The notes under the pieces were generated by a model. It searched no databases. It was given only the letters and a program-made list of their open reading frames with translations, and was not told the DNA's origin. Shown here in pieces: positions 8,333 to 15,657 of a stretch of 32,000 nt of DNA. This DNA comes from Planctomycetales bacterium (GTDB lineage: Bacteria > 4484-113 > JAFGCY01). The DNA lies in NCBI GenBank assembly GCA_022646745.1, contig CP060262.1:3510001-3542000 (forward strand). Direction: 5' to 3'. Within the stretch, counting starts at the first letter, position 1. Each line of letters starts with the position of its first letter. The translations under genes were made by a program, and so were the position numbers.

Positions 8333-9071
8333 AATGAAGAAGCACCCTCCCCTGCCCGGCAAGCCGGAATACAGAAGAGAAGACATCATTGAGTTGGGTA
8401 AGGAGGAATTACTAAACCGACTAGCACGAGTCAGTAACCCGCTAGCATGGAAAATTGCCGCTGATCTGCTGGTCAAGTCAATGCAAAACGGACCCTCAAT
8501 GCGTAACCGAGACCAGGTACATGCAGACTTGCGCCGGTTATGTGACGGCAAGGAAGCACCTAATCTGTCAGTGAACTTCGAAATCCTGCCACGCCTTGCT
8601 TACACGGCAAGCCTTAGGTATTACCTTGCAACTTTAGATCGTCTTCGCAGTGTTCAATTGTCTGAATACATCATGCTCGGCCCGCATGAAGCGAAGGAAA
8701 TGCTGATGAAAAGGCATCCTGTCCTGAACCTGTTTCCACTCGCAATTCGCCTGCGTCACAGCCGCGATATCGCTGAACTGTTAGTCGATCAGTTTGAAGT
8801 GGTGTCCAGGCCGGATTTCGGCTGGAGTAATGTGATCAAGAGCTACGCCATTTCCGTTGGCGGATTTTTACTGCTGGTCATTGTCAACTTAATGAATTCC
8901 AGCTCAATCATGGGAGCATTGACCATTTCAGCAATTATGCAAGTGATTGGCGCAATCATCTTCAAGCTATTGGCAACCAAATCCGGCCAAGCTCTGCCTT
9001 TGTTCCTTTCCTTCACGGATGAAGTGATGGACGAGCCGGAATGGGCTGCTAAGCAGGGCTCGGAGAGCTGA
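8322..9071 (+). CDS. array paralog P7 (AT-richer member)
   Basis: Motifs: KKHPPLPGKPEYRRED, RLARVSNPLAWKIAADLL, LRSVQLSEYIMLGPHEA, 2 TM, PLFLSFTDEVMDEPEW. The start is ATG at 8322 (11-nt overlap with P6) or 8334. The ORF-track start at 8286 was not used. Confidence 0.8.
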   Translation: MRPEMKKHPPLPGKPEYRREDIIELGKEELLNRLARVSNPLAWKIAADLLVKSMQNGPSMRNRDQVHADLRRLCDGKEAPNLSVNFEILPRLAYTASLRYYLATLDRLRSVQLSEYIMLGPHEAKEMLMKRHPVLNLFPLAIRLRHSRDIAELLVDQFEVVSRPDFGWSNVIKSYAISVGGFLLLVIVNLMNSSSIMGALTISAIMQVIGAIIFKLLATKSGQALPLFLSFTDEVMDEPEWAAKQGSES

Positions 9072-9832
9072 TGGCAGGCAAGCTGAAAAAGCCTCCCCTG
9101 CCCGGCAAGCCGGAATACAGTGACCAGGAAATCCTGCTGATGAGCCCGTTTGAACTGGTTGCCAGGCTGGGGCATGTGTCGAACCCCGCTGCCTGGCGCA
9201 TCGCCGCAGACCTGCTGATCAGGGCAATGGACGAGAAGCCGGCTGCGATGGAGCGTGAGACCATCCATTACAAGCTGCGCAAGATGTGCAACAGGCAGTA
9301 CGTGCCGGAAATCAAGCTGCGCTTCAGCAACCTGCCCAGGACGCGGGAAGGACCAGGCCTGAGGCAGCTGCAGTCACGGCTGGAGCGGCTGAGGCGCGTG
9401 CGGCTGGCGGACTACATCATGATGGGGCCACTGGAGGCGCAGCAGATGCTGCTGGACAGGCACCCGGTGCTCAGGCTGCTGCCGATGGTGCGCCGCCTGC
9501 GCAAGGCATCAGACATAGCCGCATTCCTGGTGGAGAACTTTGAGCTGGTCTCCCGTACGGAGTACAGCATGTGGGATGCGCTGGCCATGCCACTGACGCT
9601 TGTGCTGACAACACTGGTGATCTTCGCCTTCATCTACCAGGATTCCGGTTCGTTCTGGGAGAGCCTGCTGGGTGCACTGTTTGCCCAGACGGTGTTCGCC
9701 ATCGTGAACCGCATCAGGCCGAAGAACCAGCTCGAGGCGCTGTCGCTGTTCCTGTCCTTCACGGATGAGGTGATGGATGAGCTGGAATGGGATGAAAGCA
9801 TCATTGAAGCGGACACAGCGCCGGGGGCGTAG
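9071..9832 (+). CDS. array paralog P8
   Basis: TGATG junction with P7. Motifs: KKPPLPGKPEYSDQE, RLGHVSNPAAWRIAADLL, LRRVRLADYIMMGPLEA, 2 TM, SLFLSFTDEVMDELEW. Clearly the sister copy of P7. Confidence 0.85.
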   Translation: MAGKLKKPPLPGKPEYSDQEILLMSPFELVARLGHVSNPAAWRIAADLLIRAMDEKPAAMERETIHYKLRKMCNRQYVPEIKLRFSNLPRTREGPGLRQLQSRLERLRRVRLADYIMMGPLEAQQMLLDRHPVLRLLPMVRRLRKASDIAAFLVENFELVSRTEYSMWDALAMPLTLVLTTLVIFAFIYQDSGSFWESLLGALFAQTVFAIVNRIRPKNQLEALSLFLSFTDEVMDELEWDESIIEADTAPGA

Positions 9833-9847
9833 CGGTAACATTATCGG

Positions 9848-10528
9848 GTGACCGATGATGGAATCAGGATGGATCCCCATTACTCGGCTGACGAGCTTGA
9901 GGTGATCACCGTGCGCGAACTGAAGGACCGGGTTCGCATGCTGCGCACCGCGCGCGCCCAGCAGGTGGCGCATGAGCTGTGGCGGCAGGCCGAGCTGGTG
10001 TTCACATCCACGAACCCCTGGCCCAAGCGCTTCCTGCGCAATGAGGAGTGCACGCTCCACGGCCTGTGCGGGCCGCTGGGGAGGGGCCTGCTGCTGGAGA
10101 TGCTCGTGAAGCTGCGCAAGACGAACTTCCAGAGGCTGATTGACAACATTGCCCAGACCGAGGGCAGCACCCCGCTCACGATCGGGGTGAAGCCGAAGCT
10201 GCGCAAGGGCCGGCACATCACGATCGACACCGCCGACTTCATGCACAGCCAGCTGGAGAGCATCATGGCCGGCCGGCCGCAGACACCCTTCCACGTGCAG
10301 CGCAACCTGGTCTGCGCACTGTTCGCCGTGGCGCTGGGCTTCGGGCTGTACTCGGCGCGCTGGTGGCTGCTGGAGCAGTTCGGCCACGCGGTCTGGACGG
10401 TGCCCGCGCTGCTGCTGGCGCTGGGCATCAGCTACGGCATCTGGTACCGGCTGACCTACTGGGTGCTGGCCAAGATGCGAATCCTCGCACTGTACATGGC
10501 CTTCACCGACCAGTTCCTGGAACAATGA
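9848..10528 (+). CDS. array paralog P9 (most degenerate; ends right after the tail motif)
   Basis: Motifs: VRELKDRVRMLRTARAQQVAHELWRQ, LRKTNFQRLIDN, 2 TM, ALYMAFTDQFLEQ then stop. Start is GTG at 9848 or ATG at 9869. Confidence 0.72.
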   Translation: MTDDGIRMDPHYSADELEVITVRELKDRVRMLRTARAQQVAHELWRQAELVFTSTNPWPKRFLRNEECTLHGLCGPLGRGLLLEMLVKLRKTNFQRLIDNIAQTEGSTPLTIGVKPKLRKGRHITIDTADFMHSQLESIMAGRPQTPFHVQRNLVCALFAVALGFGLYSARWWLLEQFGHAVWTVPALLLALGISYGIWYRLTYWVLAKMRILALYMAFTDQFLEQ

Positions 10529-11223
10529 TGCAGGAGACCGGGGAGTGGGCGGCAGTCGGGAAACCCAGCTATGACAGGGATCGCCTCAGGCAACTGAAGG
10601 TAGGTGAACTGGAGAAGCGCCTGCAGCGGATTGACAATGAGATCGCACACGAAGTGGCGGCGATCCTATGGAAACGGATTGAGGACATCGGTATTTTCAG
10701 GGCTGCGATCCACGGCAAGAGTACGCGGGATCTGAGTGTCGCGCAGCAGGCCGGGATGGGATCCAGCGTCGTCACGAGGCTGCTTAAGAAGCTGAGGCAG
10801 GTGCAGCTGGCGGAATGCCTGCTGGCAGACAGGGAGCGGCTGGCAGCGATGCTGGAGAACATGCACTGGAGCTGGAAGATGTTCGTGCCGATCCCGCCGA
10901 TGCGGGATGCCCGCAGCCGGGCGGCCTTCCTGACAAACTACCTGGAATGCCTGGTGCCAAACGGCTGGCAGGTGAGCTGGGGCATCAACATGCCGCTCAA
11001 CCTTTTCTTCATTGCCTGGTTCCTGGCATTCAATTATCTGTTCCTGCTTTACGCACCATGGAATGCCCCCAGTTGGCAGTTCACAACGGTGGTTATTTCC
11101 AGCAATCTGCTGCTGCATTCATTCTTCCACTTCAAGAACTACTACTACCAGCTCAGGTCAATCGCTCTTTACATCTCTTTCACGGATGAGTTTGTGGTAC
11201 ATGAACCAGGCGTGACGGAGTAA
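10525..11223 (+). CDS. array paralog P10
   Basis: ATGA overlap with P9. Motifs: GKPSYDRDRLRQL, RLQRIDNEIAHEVAAILWK, LRQVQLAECLL, NMHWSW, YLECLVPNGW, 2 TM, ALYISFTDEFVV. The ORF-track start at 10363 lies inside P9 and was not used. Confidence 0.82.
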   Translation: MMQETGEWAAVGKPSYDRDRLRQLKVGELEKRLQRIDNEIAHEVAAILWKRIEDIGIFRAAIHGKSTRDLSVAQQAGMGSSVVTRLLKKLRQVQLAECLLADRERLAAMLENMHWSWKMFVPIPPMRDARSRAAFLTNYLECLVPNGWQVSWGINMPLNLFFIAWFLAFNYLFLLYAPWNAPSWQFTTVVISSNLLLHSFFHFKNYYYQLRSIALYISFTDEFVVHEPGVTE

Positions 11224-11268
11224 ATCAACTTCACTTCATCCCGGAAATCAGGCAGAATGTGGGTGTAG

Positions 11269-11955
11269 ATGGAAAGCATCGGGGAGACAGCGGTAATCGG
11301 GAAGCCGGCCTATGACCGGGAAGCGTTGAGGCAGCTGACTGTCAGGGACATTGAATTGCGCCTTGACAGGATTGACAACGTGATCGCGAAGGAAGTTGCT
11401 TCGGAATTATGGGCCATCCTGTTTCATGAGGGCGTGATTGCCCACTCGGTGATCGGCAGGATTGTTGCCGAACTCGGGGTCACGCGCATCGCTGGCCATG
11501 GGATGGAACTCCTGATCCTGATCGTGAACCGGCTGCGCAGGATCCAGTTCAGTGAATTCCTGCTGCTGGACAAGGTGCTCCTGAAGGAAAAACTGAGCAA
11601 CATGCACTGGTCATGGCATTCATTTGATTTCCTGCCGTCCAAGCTGGACCGGCAGGGCCGCGTCAGGTTCCTGACTGGCTACATGGAATGCCTGCTGCCG
11701 GATGGCTGGAATGTTCCATGGGAGCGGGCCAGGCTGGCGTACGAGATTGCAAACCCCATTATCGCCATTGCGGCAATCTTCTTCATGCTTTCCCAGCAGG
11801 ATGTCCTGCCAGTGCGGATCTACCTGCCGGTTACGCTGCTGCTGATGCTGGCCTATCCAACGCAGACCTGGCTGGTCAACATGTACCGCAAGATGCGCCT
11901 GCTCGCCCTCTACATCTCATTTACGGATGAGTTCGTTGGAGATGAGCCGGCATGA
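11269..11955 (+). CDS. array paralog P11
   Basis: Motifs: GKPAYDREALRQL, RLDRIDNVIAKEVASELW, LRRIQFSEFLL, NMHWSW, YMECLLPDGW, 2 TM, ALYISFTDEFVG. Sister copy of P10. Confidence 0.85.
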   Translation: MESIGETAVIGKPAYDREALRQLTVRDIELRLDRIDNVIAKEVASELWAILFHEGVIAHSVIGRIVAELGVTRIAGHGMELLILIVNRLRRIQFSEFLLLDKVLLKEKLSNMHWSWHSFDFLPSKLDRQGRVRFLTGYMECLLPDGWNVPWERARLAYEIANPIIAIAAIFFMLSQQDVLPVRIYLPVTLLLMLAYPTQTWLVNMYRKMRLLALYISFTDEFVGDEPA

Positions 11956-13508
11956 ACGAACTCGAGCGCAATGACCGCAGTGACGGGCTGGCAGGTGAGC
12001 GGCGGGATGAGCGAGGGGATTCACTGAAGCAGGGATCGGCAACAGGCGGTGCGGCACTTCGCTCACAGGCCGCTGATGACAATGCGATACAGCATGATGC
12101 GCAGCCCAGATACAGTATCAACCTGCTGGACCGGCCAGGCCTGATCACGGACAGGCGGGCTGCGCGGCTCTGCCACCAGATCCTGAGCTACCTGCAGGGC
12201 CGGCTCTTTACCCGGATCCATTCGAACTGGCCGCTCGGTGGCAATGAACCCGAAATGCAGCACGGCGCAAGGTTCTGGCAGTATGACGAAAAGCCGGAAT
12301 GGTTTCGCGGACTGCTGGCAGAACTGCGCGAGGTGGACTTCGATGAACTGCTGGCGCTCAACCCGCGGGAGCTGCACTTCCAGCTTGACAAGCGCTACGA
12401 TGCCGGGCGGATCAGCATTGGCAACCTGTGGCAGATCAATGATGAGCATGCACTGGTGCTGATGCAGTGCGTACTGTCCCTGAATCCCAGCGGCAGGACC
12501 CGCCTGCCGGGCCTGGCCGGAGGCCTCAACGCCTGGGGAATCGTGTCAATCGTGCTGATCGCCATCTGCCTGCTGGTGCTTGGGAGCATATACGGCCAGG
12601 GCCTGGCTGGTTTCATTCTGGTGCTGCCAGCCGTGGCATCTTTCGGTGTGCTGGCCGCCTACCGTACGGAGAAGATCACGCCGCTGGCAATCCTCGCGCT
12701 GTACATCGCGCTGACGGAGTACTACCTCAGGCGCGAATTGCCGGGCCTGGCCCGGGCAGTGGATGAAGCCGAGGAGTCCCGGCGCAGGCAGCAGGCTGCC
12801 GCTTCGGTGCTGAAGGGCGACCCGCACAGCATGGACAAGCACCACTATGTCAACGACGACCTGGATCGGCTGGATTCGCGGATGCTGCAGCAGCGCCTGT
12901 ACCGGATTGACAACAAGCTGGCGCGCGAGATCGCCAATGAGCTGTTCGAGCGCGTGCGGCGCACCTTCAAGTCTGTGGACTTCCTCTCCAGCGACCCGAA
13001 GTACCGCCCGAGCCTGCGCATGCTGTGTGGCAACGAGGCGATGGGCCTGTTGAAGCAGCTGCGGCGGATGCAGAAGCTGCGCCTGAGCGGGCTGATCATG
13101 GAGGGGCCGGAGTTCGTGGAGCGCATCCTTGGCAATCTGCACCCGATCGAACGCATGATGCAGCCTCCACCGCACCCCACAAGCTCCAGGGGCCTGACGA
13201 AGATCCTGGTGGAGTATGTCGAGTTCTTCGGCGACAGCAGGCGCAGCTTCAGCTGGCGCTTTGGCACGGTCATGAACCTGCTGCTCGGCCTCGCTGCGGC
13301 AGTCTTCCTGCTGTACATCTCGCCCGAAGTGATCCGCGGCATCCTGCTGCTGCTATTCGGGCCGGGATTCCTGTTCCTGTTCTGGGGAGTGCACGCCTTC
13401 ATGCAGAACTCGGAGCAGCGCCTGCTGGCCCTGTACATCTCCTTCACGGATGAGCTGGTGCAGCATGAGCTGGAGCAGCATGGCGGGGAGGCCGGCGATG
13501 GCGCATGA
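11952..13508 (+). CDS. array paralog P12: natural fusion of two family units (about 4 TM)
   Basis: ATGA overlap with P11. Unit a: QPRYSINLL, AARLCHQILSYL, LREVDFDELLALNPREL, 2 TM, LALYIALTEYYL. A charged linker follows. Unit b: RLYRIDNKLAREIANELF, LRRMQKLRLSGLIMEGPEF, YVEFFGD, 2 TM, ALYISFTDELV. Confidence 0.85.
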   Translation: MNELERNDRSDGLAGERRDERGDSLKQGSATGGAALRSQAADDNAIQHDAQPRYSINLLDRPGLITDRRAARLCHQILSYLQGRLFTRIHSNWPLGGNEPEMQHGARFWQYDEKPEWFRGLLAELREVDFDELLALNPRELHFQLDKRYDAGRISIGNLWQINDEHALVLMQCVLSLNPSGRTRLPGLAGGLNAWGIVSIVLIAICLLVLGSIYGQGLAGFILVLPAVASFGVLAAYRTEKITPLAILALYIALTEYYLRRELPGLARAVDEAEESRRRQQAAASVLKGDPHSMDKHHYVNDDLDRLDSRMLQQRLYRIDNKLAREIANELFERVRRTFKSVDFLSSDPKYRPSLRMLCGNEAMGLLKQLRRMQKLRLSGLIMEGPEFVERILGNLHPIERMMQPPPHPTSSRGLTKILVEYVEFFGDSRRSFSWRFGTVMNLLLGLAAAVFLLYISPEVIRGILLLLFGPGFLFLFWGVHAFMQNSEQRLLALYISFTDELVQHELEQHGGEAGDGA

Positions 13509-14235
13509 GCTTGCCGGGGCTTCCGCCCCACCCCGCTATACGGAGGCGGAGCTGGACAGCATCAGCAGCACGGACCTGCATGCCAGGCTGGAGCGGATTG
13601 ACAACGAAACCGCACAGGCGATCGCCGGCCGGCTGTATTCGATGGCGGGCATCGAGCGCCTGGTGATGCGAACTATCCCGCAAGCGGAAAATGCTGAAAG
13701 TGATGAGCCAGTCGGTGAAGACCAGCACTGGGTACGGCAGGACAACAGCCTGCGCCTGCTGGCCGCTGGGCGGCCGCAGGCACTGCTCAACAAGCTCAGG
13801 CAGATGGAAGGGCTGGACTATGGCATGCTGATGGTGATCGGGCCGCAGGGCATCCGCGAGCGGCTGCGCGAAAGGCCGGCCCTGATGCGCCTGCTCAGTC
13901 CCCCGATCAGGCTGGAGCTCAGCGAGGACATCGCCGATGCGCTGGTGCGCTACGGGGAGTTCCTCGCGGCGGAGGATGGCAGGCTGCCCTGGACGCAGTA
14001 CATTCCCTATCTCCCGCTGCTGCCGGCGCTGCTCTGCCTGGCGGTGCTGTTCCCGATGACAATGCTGCCAAAGGTGTTCTTCGCCCTGCCGATGGCAATC
14101 GTGATGCTGCTGATCCTGGGTGCCGGACGCTTCTTCAGCTGGTTCACCAATGAGGACCGCCTGCGCAAGCTGGCGCTGTACATCACCTTCACGGATGAGT
14201 TTGTGGTGGAGCCGGAGGAGGATGGGGAGGCATGA
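13498..14235 (+). CDS. array paralog P13
   Basis: Motifs: PPRYTEAELDSI, RLERIDNETAQAIAGRLYS, LRQMEGLDYGMLMVIGPQG, YGEFLAAEDG, 2 TM, ALYITFTDEFVV. Start ATG at 13498 (11-nt overlap with P12). The ORF-track start at 13450 was not used. Confidence 0.82.
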   Translation: MAHELAGASAPPRYTEAELDSISSTDLHARLERIDNETAQAIAGRLYSMAGIERLVMRTIPQAENAESDEPVGEDQHWVRQDNSLRLLAAGRPQALLNKLRQMEGLDYGMLMVIGPQGIRERLRERPALMRLLSPPIRLELSEDIADALVRYGEFLAAEDGRLPWTQYIPYLPLLPALLCLAVLFPMTMLPKVFFALPMAIVMLLILGAGRFFSWFTNEDRLRKLALYITFTDEFVVEPEEDGEA

Positions 14236-14924
14236 TACAGGCTGACGGAATGCTCTCCGGTAAGCCGAGCTACGCGATGGTGAAGCTCAGGCAACTTGAC
14301 AACCGCATGCTGCCCGCCCGGCTGGAACGGATTGACAATCAAATGGCGCGCAGCATTGCGACGGAGGTCTGGGAGGAATTCCACCGTATGTGGTCCGTGG
14401 ACCACCCAGAGGGAAGCAAGCAGTACCGCAGCCTGCAGTATGTCAATGAACGAGACATGCAGGTGCTGTACGATGAGCTTGAGCGCCTGCGCCAATGCTC
14501 ATTCGGGGCACTGGTGCTGGAGGGCCCGCAGATCCTGCGTGAACGCTGGGATGAGCTGCATCCGATGTTCAGGCTACTGATGCGGCCGCCAGCTGGCAAA
14601 CGGAGCAGCCAGGCCGGTCGCGACCTGCTTGACTATTCCGAGCTTCTGACGGGCCAGCGCAATGGCATACCCGGCGTCCTGATAAGAAACGCCCTGCGAT
14701 ATGGAGCAATACTCTCTCTGGTAATCCTGCCGCTGGCATTGATTGCCAGCATGTTCTGGAACAGCAGCTGGGTATCTTTTGTTCCAATGCCAGGCATCCT
14801 ATACCTGTTCATTTACATGTCCGTCCTGTATCGGGTGGAGAGCAGGCAATACATGAATGCACTCGCGCTGTACATATCGTTCACAGATGAGTTCGTGGAG
14901 GAAGGTGATGTAGATGCAGGCTGA
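14232..14924 (+). CDS. array paralog P14
   Basis: ATGA overlap with P13. Motifs: GKPSYAMVKLRQL, RLERIDNQMARSIATEVWE, LRQCSFGALVLEGPQIL, 2 TM, ALYISFTDEFVEE. Confidence 0.85.
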   Translation: MIQADGMLSGKPSYAMVKLRQLDNRMLPARLERIDNQMARSIATEVWEEFHRMWSVDHPEGSKQYRSLQYVNERDMQVLYDELERLRQCSFGALVLEGPQILRERWDELHPMFRLLMRPPAGKRSSQAGRDLLDYSELLTGQRNGIPGVLIRNALRYGAILSLVILPLALIASMFWNSSWVSFVPMPGILYLFIYMSVLYRVESRQYMNALALYISFTDEFVEEGDVDAG

Positions 14925-15657
14925 GGAAGGGAGTGTTTCCGGCAAGCGGCAGTACAGCTGGGCCGACCTTGAGAGCATCACAAACTTCCAGTTGGCTGAC
15001 CGGCTGCACCGGATTGACAACCCGATCGCGTACCGCATTGCGGATAACCTATACACACATTGTGTCCTGTCCGGCTCGATGCAGTGGCATTCCAGCCTTG
15101 ACCCGGGATATGCCAGACTGCACGGCACCAGCCTGGCAACTGAGGTGTTCGAGGAAGTGCCGGTCAGCCTCAGGCAGCTTGTCAACAGAAGGCCTGCGGA
15201 TTTCCTCAGGTTGCTCAACCGCTTGCGCCTGTTCAGCTTCCGCGAGCTGGTGGCCGGCGGGCCGGAAGCGCTCCGGGAAAGGCTGGATCAACGGCCATTG
15301 CTGGAACGCCTGTTCACGCCTGAGCCAAGGCTGAAGATTACTGAAGACATTGCCCCGCTGATCACTGAACAGCCTGAATGCATTGTCGGGATAAGAACAC
15401 TAGTACCGCAATGTGCGATCCGTGCGATCCAGCCATATTTTCCTGTCCTGTTCACCTTCGGCCCGCTGGCTATTGTGCTGCTGCTCGGCCTGCGCGATTC
15501 CGCCCTGCTGATGCTCGTGCTGCTGCCGTCGATGCTGGCCCTGTTCTACGTGGAGGACCGCATCAAGACAAATGAGCGCCACCTGAGGCTGGCGCTGTAC
15601 ATCACATTCACGGATGAGTTCGTGGAGGAAGACGGAAAGGCGATCGCCAATGAATGA
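14914..15657 (+). CDS. array paralog P15
   Basis: 11-nt overlap with P14. Motifs: GKRQYSWADLESI, RLHRIDNPIAYRIADNLY, LRLFSFRELVAGGPEAL, 2 TM, ALYITFTDEFVEE. Confidence 0.83.
   Translation: MQAEEGSVSGKRQYSWADLESITNFQLADRLHRIDNPIAYRIADNLYTHCVLSGSMQWHSSLDPGYARLHGTSLATEVFEEVPVSLRQLVNRRPADFLRLLNRLRLFSFRELVAGGPEALRERLDQRPLLERLFTPEPRLKITEDIAPLITEQPECIVGIRTLVPQCAIRAIQPYFPVLFTFGPLAIVLLLGLRDSALLMLVLLPSMLALFYVEDRIKTNERHLRLALYITFTDEFVEEDGKAIANE

Noticed and set aside
7307-8551. Long minus-strand ORFs antisense to the array: 414 aa here, plus 3710-4624, 4426-5088, 9509-10525, 12546-13175, 12845-13531 and 15400-16227.
   Set aside because: Their translations are Arg/Ala/Pro/His/Gln-rich low-complexity strings typical of the antisense frame of GC-rich genes. 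They have no motifs and no plausible starts. The sense frames carry strongly conserved protein motifs repeated 17 times.
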